In this document: positions 8,195-16,829 of the stretch, piece by piece | Position numbering within the stretch: position 1 is the first letter of the stretch | Layout: the number at the start of each line of letters is the position of its first letter | DNA from: Planctomycetia bacterium | GTDB lineage: Bacteria; Planctomycetota; UBA1135; UBA2386 | Direction: 5' to 3' | NCBI GenBank assembly: GCA_005776365.1 | Contig: SXPK01000181.1 | Coordinates: 1 to 47,377, forward strand | Length of the DNA: 47,377 nucleotides | Translations under genes and position numbers: made by a program | Notes under the pieces: model-generated | Seen by the model: only the letters and a program-made list of their open reading frames with translations | What the model was told of the DNA's origin: nothing | Databases searched by the model: none

Positions 8195-8489
8195 CCTCGC
8201 GGATCCGAGGGAGGCCGTGAAGGCGGGGCAGATCGTGCAGGTGAAGGTGCTGGAGGCGGACCTGCCGAGGCAGCGCATCGCGCTGACGATGGAGCTGCAC
8301 GAACGGCCGGCTGCGGGGCGCAGCGACAGCCACGCGGCCGCAGGCTCGGGTGGCACGCGCAGCAGCGGCGGCTACAGCGTCGGCGGCAATCGCGACCCGC
8401 GGCCCGCGCCGGCTCCGCGCAAGCCCGAGCCCGAGGTCGTGAGCCCGCTCGCCGCGGCGCTCAGCAAGCTCAACCTGCGGCACAACTGA
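8195..8489 (+). pseudogene. tex: Fragment: C-terminal ~97 codons of tex (diverged allele)
   Basis: ..[48 protein letters not shown]. By eye it is about 97% identical to copy 2889-3227 over the last ~120 nt. Identity falls to about 70-75% in the S1-coding 5' part, with many synonymous changes. Confidence 0.85.
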
Positions 8490-8708
8490 GCGCCGCGGGC
8501 AGGGCCGGGGCACGCGTTGATCGCAGCCAGCGGTCTCGGCACGCGCGTTGGGCGCACGCCGCGACATCGACATCGGCGGGGACATTCCCGCATCGCCATC
8601 GATCTTCGGCCCGCTTCCACACTCACGCGGAACACAGCGCGAGGCCGCGCCGTCGGCTGCGGCCTCCGCCAGGACCGCAGACACTGGGACGCCTTGGCGC
8701 CTTGATTT

Positions 8709-8727
8709 TTCGAACTAGTAGTTCGAA
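8709..8727. promoter_or_regulatory. AT-rich perfect 8-bp inverted repeat (ttcgaact-agt-agttcgaa), 13 nt upstream of the ATPase start; candidate operator/promoter element
   Basis: Read directly: ttgatttttcgaactagtagttcgaatattcaacctcgATG. This is the only markedly AT-rich patch in the region. Confidence 0.35.
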
Positions 8728-8739
8728 TATTCAACCTCG

Positions 8740-9894
8740 ATGACCTCTCGCACCAAGCCGTTGGCGCGACTCACGGCCCTTTTCCGCGAGTTCCCCGTGG
8801 TCGCAATCCTAGGGCCGCGTCAGGTCGGCAAGACAACGCTTGCGGGGCAATACGCAGAGTCGTCGTCCGGTCCGGTGCACACGTTCGACCTCGAGCGGCC
8901 TGCGGACCTTCGCAAACTCGCCGACCCGATGCTGGCTCTCGAGGACCTGACCGGCCTCGTGGTGCTCGACGAGATCCAACGCTTGCCGGAGGTCTTCCCC
9001 GCGCTGCGCGTCCTGGCCGACCGCCCGAGACGCAAGGCGCGGTTCCTCGTCCTCGGCAGCGCGTCCCCGGAGCTGCTGGCGCAGAGCAGCGAGTCGCTTG
9101 CTGGCCGCATCGCATACCTGGAACTGAACGGCTTCCAGCCTGCGGAAGTAGGCCCCAAGCTCGTCGATCGCCTGTGGTTGCGCGGCGGATTCCCTCGCTC
9201 GTTCCTGGCGCGCAGTGACGCGGCGAGCTTCACCTGGCGCGAAGAGTTCGTTCGGACCTTCCTCGAGCGGGACCTGCCCCAATTCCGCGTGGCGACTCCG
9301 GCGACGACGATGCGCCGCTTCTGGACGATGCTGGCCCACTACCACGGCCAGATCTGGAACGCATCCGAACTTGCGCGCTCGCTGGGCCAGAGCGACCCGA
9401 TGGCGCGTCGCTACCTCGATGTGCTGGCAAACACGCTCGTCGTGCGTGTGCTGCAGCCCTTCCACGTCAACCTGAAGAAGCGGCAGGTGAAGTCCCCCAA
9501 GGTCTACATCGCCGACTCGGGGTTGCTGCACGCACTGTTGGGGCTGCCGACCACGGATGCCCTGCGCGGACATGCGCGCGCAGGAGCATCGTTCGAGGGC
9601 TTCGCGATGACTGCGGTCATCGAAGCGCTCGAGGCTCGACCCCACGAGTGCTTCTTCTGGGCGACATTCAGCGGGGCAGAACTCGATCTCTTGGTGCAAC
9701 GAGGGGATCGGCGCGTGGGATTCGAGTTCAAGCTCTCGTCAGCTCCAGAACTCACGCCCTCGATGAAGATCGCGCTCTCAGATCTCGAACTGCGGCATCT
9801 CTGGGTCGTGCACGCCGGCAAGGACGTGATCCGACTCGCCCCGCAAGTGACCGCGATCCCGCTCGCGCAGGTTGCGACGACGCGGCTGTGGTGA
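8740..9894 (+). CDS. AAA-type ATPase with DUF4143 domain (ATP-binding protein)
   Basis: Walker A (ILGPRQVGKTTLA), Walker B-like (LVVLDEIQRLPEVF) and a DUF4143-like region (KVYIADSGLLHALLG). Confidence 0.85.
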   Translation: MTSRTKPLARLTALFREFPVVAILGPRQVGKTTLAGQYAESSSGPVHTFDLERPADLRKLADPMLALEDLTGLVVLDEIQRLPEVFPALRVLADRPRRKARFLVLGSASPELLAQSSESLAGRIAYLELNGFQPAEVGPKLVDRLWLRGGFPRSFLARSDAASFTWREEFVRTFLERDLPQFRVATPATTMRRFWTMLAHYHGQIWNASELARSLGQSDPMARRYLDVLANTLVVRVLQPFHVNLKKRQVKSPKVYIADSGLLHALLGLPTTDALRGHARAGASFEGFAMTAVIEALEARPHECFFWATFSGAELDLLVQRGDRRVGFEFKLSSAPELTPSMKIALSDLELRHLWVVHAGKDVIRLAPQVTAIPLAQVATTRLW

Positions 9895-10086
9895 ACGCAA
9901 TGCGCGGAGCCCTGCAGTCCCGCGCATAGCAGCCAGACCCTCGCGATCCGCGGCACCCCGCGCCCTTCGCCAGCCCCCCCGCCGGGCAAGGTGCCCGAAA
10001 CCACAGAATCCGCGTGCTATCGCGTGCGCGCATGCAGGAACGGTCCTTCCCGGGGCAACCCAAGCCCAACCGAGAGACCGAACGCC

Positions 10087-11538
10087 ATGTCCACCGCCTC
10101 GATCCGCCTCCTCGCCCCCTTCGCCCTGTGCGCCGCCGCGGCAGCCCAGTTCCAAGAGGGCCTCATCACCTTCTCCGCGGCCGAGCAGACGCTGTCCGGC
10201 AGCGGCGGCACCGTGCTGCGCGCCCTGCGCCCCAACGAGACCAACGTCATCGAATGGGGCACCACCTCGGCATGCGCGACGCTGTCGGCCGAGAAGTGGG
10301 CGCCGCGCACCGCCTACGGCACGATGGCCGGTGACGAGAACGCGGACGGCCTGCTCAACAACGCGACGCTGTTCGGCTCCGTCGACGCGCTGGTCAGCAC
10401 GAGGAACGCGGGCGGATCCGGCTGGCAGAACCAACGCACGGTGTTCTGGTCGGTGTCGGCGCCGATGGGCAACGCGGTCAGCGCGCAGCCGTTCCGCCCC
10501 GGCGACGTCGCGCGCATCGTGCGCACGCCGCTCTTCATCGACGGCCAGGTCGAGCACTTCATGCGCATGGAGCAGTTCAACCAGGCGCTCGGACTGCCGC
10601 TCCTCACGCCGATCGACGTCGACGCGATCGCCTTCGACCCGCAGTTCGGCGTCTACTTCTCGCTCGACGCGGACATCGTCTGCAACACGGCCTGCGGGCC
10701 GATGCTGGTGCAGGATGGCGCGGTGGTCTGCGTGCCGCCGATGGCGCTGACCTACACGCCCGACATGCGCATCGCCGCCGTCGCGCCGAACAGCGCAATC
10801 GTCGTGCTGACCGAGCCGCAGATCGACGCCATGACGCTGAATGCCGGCGTCACCAATCGCTTCGGCGCGTGCCTGACGAACGCCATCGATCTCGAATCGC
10901 TCGAGTTCGACATGTCCTCGCCGGTGACGCCGTGGTTCGGCTGCACGGCCGGACTCGCAGTGTTCTCGACGCAACTGATCTTCTCGGTCGAGACCGGCAC
11001 CGGCGCCAGCCTGCTGACGACCAACGGCGGCGGACAGATCTGGAACGGCCCGTGCTCGCCGATGGGACGCCCCTGCGGCTCCGGCCCGACGCTCGGCATC
11101 CAATCCGGCGTCCGCCCCGTCAGCGGCAACGTCGGCTGCGTGAGCTACGTGAACGCGTTCCTGCTCGAGCACACGAACCGCTACGTGCTCGAACCGCAGA
11201 ACCACGTGCTGACCGTGTTCCCGGCTGGCGCGCCCGCGGGCTCGACCAACATCGACGTCGGCTCGCCGTTCCCCTTCAACTTCGTGTTCGTCGAAGTCGT
11301 CTCGCCGATCGTGCCCGCCTCGCTGCCGGCCTTCCCCTTCTCGCAGATGTTCTTCCCCGATCTGTATGCGACGAGCCTGACCTTCTACACGACGACGACG
11401 GCTGTCGGCGGCTTCGGCAGCTTCCCGATGCCGGCGATCCCGCCGGGGTTCAGCGGCAAGGTGCTGTTCCAGAGCGTCGGAATCTCGACTGCAGGAACGT
11501 TCGAACTGAGCACGCCGGCGCTCATCGACGTGATGTGA
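10087..11538 (+). CDS. Secreted hypothetical protein (483 aa) with the C-terminal shared module
   Basis: I chose the start at MSTASIRLLAPFALCAAAAAQ (signal peptide). No recognisable catalytic domain. The C-terminus (..FPMPAIPPGFSGKVLFQSVGISTAGTFELSTPALIDVM) resembles the tails of 4434..6056, 23896..25959 and 26086..28935. Confidence 0.75.
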   Translation: MSTASIRLLAPFALCAAAAAQFQEGLITFSAAEQTLSGSGGTVLRALRPNETNVIEWGTTSACATLSAEKWAPRTAYGTMAGDENADGLLNNATLFGSVDALVSTRNAGGSGWQNQRTVFWSVSAPMGNAVSAQPFRPGDVARIVRTPLFIDGQVEHFMRMEQFNQALGLPLLTPIDVDAIAFDPQFGVYFSLDADIVCNTACGPMLVQDGAVVCVPPMALTYTPDMRIAAVAPNSAIVVLTEPQIDAMTLNAGVTNRFGACLTNAIDLESLEFDMSSPVTPWFGCTAGLAVFSTQLIFSVETGTGASLLTTNGGGQIWNGPCSPMGRPCGSGPTLGIQSGVRPVSGNVGCVSYVNAFLLEHTNRYVLEPQNHVLTVFPAGAPAGSTNIDVGSPFPFNFVFVEVVSPIVPASLPAFPFSQMFFPDLYATSLTFYTTTTAVGGFGSFPMPAIPPGFSGKVLFQSVGISTAGTFELSTPALIDVM

Positions 11539-11562
11539 GCTGACGCGAGCGCGCGAAATGCG

Positions 11563-11596
11563 AACGGCCGCTGCGGCACATGCCGCGGCGGCCGTT
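11563..11596. terminator. GC-rich hairpin between convergent genes (candidate bidirectional intrinsic terminator)
   Basis: aacggccgctgcggc-acat-gccgcggcggccgtt forms a 15-bp stem with one G-T mismatch. It is followed by gttcgtttgt, and lies between the stop at 11538 (+) and the stop at 11641 (-). Confidence 0.55.
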
Positions 11597-11640
11597 GTTC
11601 GTTTGTAGTGGCTCGCGATCTCACGCCAGCGACGCGCCGC

Positions 11641-12375
11641 TTACCCGCCGCGCTGCTTTGGCGGCGTGCGGAAGCCCTTCCGCACCGGCTGCATCTGCCC
11701 CATCTCCGGCGGCGGCGTCTCGAAGCCGAGCGCATACCACACGACGCCGAATGGCTTCATCGACATCTTCTTGCCGTTCTGCAGGCGCAGCAGGTTGTCC
11801 TTGCTCGCCTCGGCAGTGAGATTCTTTCGTGTAAATCGGGACAGCACCGCAATCGCGTCGCCAATGCGCTCATCTCTTGCGAGCAAGAAGCCGTGCACGT
11901 TGTGCAGCAACTCGTGCTTCTTGCTGAATGCAGAAGCCAGATGCAGGGTCTGGAATGCGGCAGCCTTGTCGCCTCCCTTGTATTGCATCACGCCAAGCAC
12001 GATCTGCCCGTCGGGAAGGCGCCGGGACGACTTCTTGAGCAGGTCCAATGCCTCGTCGCGCTTGCCCAGCTGATAGGCAATCATGCCCATCTGCGCATAG
12101 ATCTGGCCTTCGAGCAGCGGCATCCATTTGCCGCGAGGCAGCATCGCGCGAAGGCTCTGCATCGCGAGATCTGGCATGCGCGCCTCGAGCTGCTTCTGCA
12201 CGGTCAGCATCATCGGTTGCAGCTTCTTGCCGACGCGGCGAACGATCACGATCCAGGCTGCAAGGGTCAGCACGAGCGAGAACAGGATGGCCCAGACCCA
12301 GTGCCACCAGTCGAGGGCGAAGCCGCCGAATCCAATGAGGAGGCCGATAGCCGCGGAAAGTAGGACAGAGTGCAT
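11641..12375 (-). CDS. Membrane protein with two N-terminal TM helices and a TPR-like cytoplasmic/periplasmic region (hypothetical)
   Basis: I chose the start at MHSVLLSAAIGLLIGFGGFAL (244 aa); the ORF extends to 12420. Helical repeat-like region: GQIYAQMGMIAYQLGKRDEALDLLKK. Its 3' 96 nt are duplicated at 2792-2887. Confidence 0.75.
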   Translation of the reverse strand: MHSVLLSAAIGLLIGFGGFALDWWHWVWAILFSLVLTLAAWIVIVRRVGKKLQPMMLTVQKQLEARMPDLAMQSLRAMLPRGKWMPLLEGQIYAQMGMIAYQLGKRDEALDLLKKSSRRLPDGQIVLGVMQYKGGDKAAAFQTLHLASAFSKKHELLHNVHGFLLARDERIGDAIAVLSRFTRKNLTAEASKDNLLRLQNGKKMSMKPFGVVWYALGFETPPPEMGQMQPVRKGFRTPPKQRGG

Positions 12376-12471
12376 GTGGTTCGATTGCGAGGGCGAACAG
12401 GGTAGGCGGGCGCGCGGCAAGGTCGATGCGAAAGTCCGCTTCCTGCCGCGCTTGCCCGCGCTGCGCAGCCA

Positions 12472-13779
12472 GTGGACAGTCCACGACCCATGCCAAGACG
12501 GACCCGCTGGACCTTGCTGTGGCTAGCACTCGCAGCGATCGTGGTCATCCGCGCAGGCGATCGAAAGCCGCACCGTGGCGTGATCCTCGACCACCTGGAG
12601 TTCGGCCGCAGGCTCATGGCCGGCGAGGATGTCTACGCGACCTGGAAGTCCGATCTCGACGCGCCAAGCAAGCCGCTGCACGCGCCCTATCCTCCGTCGT
12701 TCGGCCTGCTCACAGCGCCATTTTCGATCGTGCACGAGACGCTCGGGCTGACTACCGCGCGCGTCACCTGGGCGTTGCTGCAAGTGCTCGCGATCCTGCT
12801 ATTGCTGAGGGCGATCTGGCGCATGCCGTTGCCACCACCCTCGACCAGCGAACAGGAGCGCCGCTGGATTTCGCTTCTTGTGCTGCTGCTGTTGTCGCGA
12901 TTGTTGCTGCGCGACACGCACGGCGGCGGCGGCAACCTGATCAATGTCGCGATGTGCGCGATCGCGTTCGCAGACGCCGAGCGCGGAAAGGAAGCTCGCG
13001 CCGGTTGGTTGCTCGGGTTCTCGCTCGCAACCAAGCCGACGCAAGCGTTCCTGTTGCCGCTGTTTTTCCTACACGGCCGCAAGCGCACCGTCGGCCACGC
13101 GCTGCTCTGCGGCGCGTCGTGCGTCGGGCTCAGCCTGTTGTTGCTGCGCGGCGACGTGGCGCCGTGGCTGCGTTGGCTCGAGGGTTCGCTCGCGCTCGCG
13201 CAACAGACCGACGCGTTTGCAGCGCCGGCGCTGCAGTTTCCGGAGTTTGAATGGATGAACCAGTCACTGCGTTGCGCGACGGCGCGGTGGATCAGCGAGG
13301 TCCCGCCCGAGTTCGCGCAGCGCGTCGCGTGGGGCGTGATGCCGGGCCTTGGCCTTTCCGCTACTGCCGCGTCTTGGTCCGCGCGGGCCATCTTGTTTGC
13401 GATGCTCGCATGGCTGCTCACAGCCGCATGGGGCGCACGCCACGTCATCAATGCCGCCGAGTCTCCATCGCGCGCCAACTTGCGCACGCGACAGTTCGCC
13501 GCCGCGCTCGCGTTCTCGCTGCTCGCGTCTCCTCTCAGCTGGAAAGGGCACCACGTCGCGCTCGTGCCGATGTTCTGTCTGCTGTGCTTGCACTCATGGC
13601 GGACGAAGTCGCGGAGCACCATCGCGTTGCTCGCCGCTTGGTTTCTTTGCTGCGGCATCGGGCAAGCCATCATCAGCGACGACGGCGATGAGTGGCTCAA
13701 CAGCGTCTACGTGATGCCGGCATTCGACGTGTTGCTGTTCGTCGCGTTGTTGCGAGCACGCAGCAACGCTTCTCAGTGA
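12472..13779 (+). CDS. Polytopic membrane glycosyltransferase, GT87/DUF2029 (PimE-like mannosyltransferase) family
   Basis: More than 9 predicted TM segments, an N-terminal loop (RLMAGEDVYATW) and a GGGGNLINVAMCAIAF segment typical of DUF2029. The start is GTG 12472 or ATG 12490. Confidence 0.7.
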   Translation: MDSPRPMPRRTRWTLLWLALAAIVVIRAGDRKPHRGVILDHLEFGRRLMAGEDVYATWKSDLDAPSKPLHAPYPPSFGLLTAPFSIVHETLGLTTARVTWALLQVLAILLLLRAIWRMPLPPPSTSEQERRWISLLVLLLLSRLLLRDTHGGGGNLINVAMCAIAFADAERGKEARAGWLLGFSLATKPTQAFLLPLFFLHGRKRTVGHALLCGASCVGLSLLLLRGDVAPWLRWLEGSLALAQQTDAFAAPALQFPEFEWMNQSLRCATARWISEVPPEFAQRVAWGVMPGLGLSATAASWSARAILFAMLAWLLTAAWGARHVINAAESPSRANLRTRQFAAALAFSLLASPLSWKGHHVALVPMFCLLCLHSWRTKSRSTIALLAAWFLCCGIGQAIISDDGDEWLNSVYVMPAFDVLLFVALLRARSNASQ

Positions 13780-13861
13780 CGTCAGAGAATGTACGGCGCG
13801 CTCCGCGTCGACGTCGGTGTGCCGCGAGATCACCCAAGACGACGCGTCGGACTCAGTTGTC

Positions 13862-14551
13862 TCAACGCTCGTCCGCGACGCCAAACGAGCCAGCCGGCAA
13901 CCAACCGGACGGTGGCCCTACGCGGACTGAGTCAGCGCGGCGCTCGAACACGACGAGCCGCGCTCCTGCGGCGATCGTTGCTCCGGCAATGGATGCGCCG
14001 CCAGGCTCGCTCTGCAGCGTCGCATCGCGCAACGTGACGGCGATCGCGGGAAGCGATGCGAACTGCTGCAGCGCGCACTGCATCGTGAGAAGAAGGCCGC
14101 CCACCGCCAGCGCCGCACTTGCTGCTCGCCCGCCGCGCGATCGCGCAAGAATGAGGCATAGCAGTCCAACAGTCTGCGCGACGACGACGAATGCCAACTG
14201 CGCGGGGTCACAGCCGGTGGGCTCGACGACGGGCGCGGAGGCATTCGCAACCCCGAGCGATCGCTGCGCGAAGGCGATGCCGCGCCGCGCTGGCTGCGGG
14301 TCCTGCAGCCGCCGCGCCGCGCGCTCGAACCACAGCACGGCATCGGGCAGCGCGCCAGATCGCAAGGCAGCGACACCTGCTCCGTAGCACATCGCGCCGC
14401 GAACACCGGTTGCGCCTTCGGCTGCGGCTGCATAGGCGCGCAAGGCTGCGGCGTGATCGCCCTCGCGGAACAAACGCTCTGCTTGCGTGGCGTCTTGCGC
14501 GACAAGGTGAGCCGTCGAGACCAACGCAAGGGCGCAAGCGAATGCCTTCAT
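13862..14551 (-). CDS. batE: BatE-like protein (TPR plus TM plus C-terminal SH3-like domain)
   Basis: Signal peptide, TPR-like N-terminus, two TM segments and a C-terminal SH3_3-like segment (ATLQSEPGGASIAGATIAAGARLVVFERRADSVRVG). It has a 4-nt overlap with batD and is in the last position of the Bat gene order. Confidence 0.65.
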   Translation of the reverse strand: MKAFACALALVSTAHLVAQDATQAERLFREGDHAAALRAYAAAAEGATGVRGAMCYGAGVAALRSGALPDAVLWFERAARRLQDPQPARRGIAFAQRSLGVANASAPVVEPTGCDPAQLAFVVVAQTVGLLCLILARSRGGRAASAALAVGGLLLTMQCALQQFASLPAIAVTLRDATLQSEPGGASIAGATIAAGARLVVFERRADSVRVGPPSGWLPAGSFGVADER

Positions 14552-16020
14552 CGCAGGTCTCCATGCATTCCGCCTGCATCGAACGCCCGCTCCGCCTCTT
14601 CGACGAAGTGCTGCGCTGCGACGCGAGCTGCCGCGCTCATTCCCTTGTAGCGCGACGCCAGCAAGGACCGACGCAACGCGATGGCGCGCGTCGCAATACT
14701 CCCCGCAAACCCAGCGTGCGCGAGCGCTGCTTCGACGTCGGCATCGGCGGCGGGCAACCGTTGGAGCGCTGCGCGTGCGGCCAACCAGCAGTCGAAGGGG
14801 ACCAGCAGATCCGCATCGCCGCGTGCGACCGCGGCTTCGAAGGCAGCGGCGGCAGATCGCGGGTGATCAGGCGCAGGCTTTGCCTTGCTGCGTCGACGAA
14901 AGGCCATCACCAGCGCCATCACGAAGAACGGCATCGCCAGCGCAATGAGCACGACCCCATCCGAAATGCGAGTGACATCAGGCGGGAGCGCGCGCGACGC
15001 CGGCACATCAAAGTCCTCGATGCGCAGCCCCGCGTGGACGGCATCGACCAAAGGCACAGACCCGATCGGATTGCGCCGCAGCAACGGTGCAACGAGGCGG
15101 AACGGGATCGGCGCGGAGGCAGCGACGACGAAGGACGCGGTCTCCGGGTCAAACGACGCAAGCTCGATCGGCGGAACTGCGACCACGTCGACGTCGATCA
15201 GTTCCAAGTCGAGAGCGAACGCGCGCTCCTCCTTGCCACTGCGATCGAGTGCTCCCAGCACATGGAATCCAGGGATGGCAAGCTTGGGCAGCGACCACGA
15301 GGCGAGATCGCAATCGCCGCGCACAACCAATGCGACTTCGATGCGACCATCGGCCCCGATCTCGGAAGCCCCCGTGTCGGCCGCGACCACGATGCGCCCC
15401 ACTGCGCCACAGAAGGACGCGGGCCGGCCCAGCCGCGGCGGTTCCTCGACTGTCCATGCCGACGGTTCACCTTGGACTTCGGCATCGACGCGATCGACAG
15501 CCACGCGGCCGTTCACGAAATCATCCAAGAACTCCGTCGCGAGCGCGAAGCGGACACGAGGCGGCGAGAGTTCGATCCGGCCCGCGCGACGCGGCGCGAG
15601 CCTGCTTGTGATCGCAAGCGCGGCGAACACTCGGCCGCCCACTTCGACGTCCGCAAGCTGCTCTGCGTCCACGACGCGTTCATTGACGACGATGCGCGTG
15701 CGCTTGCCGACACCTGCTGCCAGGTCGGGCAATGACGCAGCGAGATCTCCGCCGTCGAACCACGGCACGACGACCTGCAATGGCACGTCCAGTTGACGCT
15801 GAAACAGCGGCGCAGCGTGCGCAGCCAAGAGCAAGCGGTCATAGCGAACCTCGATGCGCACGACGGCGGCCTCGCCGACGAACCGCCGCTCGCGGCCCAC
15901 GTCGACGCGCACCGTCACGCCGGACCTGGCCTTATCCAGCAACTCCGCCGCGGTCGGCGCTTGCGCGTTGATCCAACCAGCGAACACGACGAGCGCGGCG
16001 GCGAGGCGGCAGGGCTTCAC
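14548..16020 (-). CDS. batD: BatD-like oxygen-tolerance protein
   Basis: 490 aa: signal peptide (MKPCRLAAALVVFAGWINAQA), repeated Ig-like regions, a single late TM (VVLIALAMPFFVMALVMAF) followed by RRRSK, and a cytoplasmic tail. This is BatD topology. 4-nt overlaps on both sides. Confidence 0.65.
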   Translation of the reverse strand: MKPCRLAAALVVFAGWINAQAPTAAELLDKARSGVTVRVDVGRERRFVGEAAVVRIEVRYDRLLLAAHAAPLFQRQLDVPLQVVVPWFDGGDLAASLPDLAAGVGKRTRIVVNERVVDAEQLADVEVGGRVFAALAITSRLAPRRAGRIELSPPRVRFALATEFLDDFVNGRVAVDRVDAEVQGEPSAWTVEEPPRLGRPASFCGAVGRIVVAADTGASEIGADGRIEVALVVRGDCDLASWSLPKLAIPGFHVLGALDRSGKEERAFALDLELIDVDVVAVPPIELASFDPETASFVVAASAPIPFRLVAPLLRRNPIGSVPLVDAVHAGLRIEDFDVPASRALPPDVTRISDGVVLIALAMPFFVMALVMAFRRRSKAKPAPDHPRSAAAAFEAAVARGDADLLVPFDCWLAARAALQRLPAADADVEAALAHAGFAGSIATRAIALRRSLLASRYKGMSAAARVAAQHFVEEAERAFDAGGMHGDLR

Positions 16021-16790
16021 CAGTCGCGCTCCACGTTCCCGCCACGCTGCTCACGCAGCGATCGTCGCAGTTGCAGCTTCTCGCGTTCCTTCTGCTCGAG
16101 CTTCTCGAACACACGGTCGAGTTGCTCCTTGCTGAGTTCCACCTGCAACGGCGCAAGAGGGTTGTCCTGCTGGTCCTTGGATCCGTTCCGGTCGCCGCCG
16201 ACCTTCTCGTCGCCACTGTCCTTCGCGTCGCTAACGCCCATCGGCCGCTGCTTGGCGCCGGCGGCCTTTTTCTGGCGGTCCTTCTCGGCCTTCTGTTCGC
16301 GCAGTCGCTGCAACAACAGCAGCGCGCGCTCGGCATTGCGGATCGACTCGAGTCGCGGAGCCTCGCTGGTGGCGGCGTCGATCCAGTGCGCACGCGCCTG
16401 CATCACGCGCTCGATCGCTTGGTCGAACAAGAACGGCTCCGCCTCGACCTGCGCCGCCATCGCCGCGGCCGCTTCAGCACGCTTCCATTCGATGGAACCG
16501 AGCAAGTGCAGAGACCGTCGTCGCAGATCCGCGCCGCCTTGCGCCGCAGCGCGATCCGCCGAGGCTTGCGCGGCGTCCAGCGCGCCCATCGCAAACGCGG
16601 CGAGCGCGTGGTCGTAGCGCCACTCTGCCGGCGCGTCGTCGCCAGCCTCGGCAATCGCCTCGGCGAATGCAGCGGCCGCCGCCGCATAGTCGCGCTGCTC
16701 GAATGCACGCTCGCCGCGAACGAAGGCATCGCCGGCGAACACCGTCACGGCGAGCACACAGGCGGCGAGCAAGGCGCGAGGTCGGTTCAT
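16017..16790 (-). CDS. batC: BatC-like TPR protein with a charged coiled-coil tail
   Basis: Signal peptide, TPR-like N-terminus (RDYAAAAAAFAEAIAEAGDD) and a K/E/Q-rich C-terminus. Its position is immediately upstream of batD. Confidence 0.6.
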   Translation of the reverse strand: MNRPRALLAACVLAVTVFAGDAFVRGERAFEQRDYAAAAAAFAEAIAEAGDDAPAEWRYDHALAAFAMGALDAAQASADRAAAQGGADLRRRSLHLLGSIEWKRAEAAAAMAAQVEAEPFLFDQAIERVMQARAHWIDAATSEAPRLESIRNAERALLLLQRLREQKAEKDRQKKAAGAKQRPMGVSDAKDSGDEKVGGDRNGSKDQQDNPLAPLQVELSKEQLDRVFEKLEQKEREKLQLRRSLREQRGGNVERDW

Positions 16791-16829
16791 GGCGCGGGGC
16801 GCGGATCATGCGCGCGCCCCGGCGCGCCA

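Noticed and set aside
9778-11205. 475-aa ORF on the minus strand opposite the 483-aa secreted protein gene
   Set aside because: It has the extreme Arg/Ala/Gly/Asp composition with homopolymeric runs that is typical of antisense frames in high-GC DNA. It shows no domain signal. The plus-strand gene has a signal peptide and family resemblance.
14191-15735. 514-aa plus-strand ORF overlapping batD/batE
   Set aside because: It is an Arg-rich antisense-type ORF. The minus-strand genes have coherent Bat-family features and coupled overlaps.
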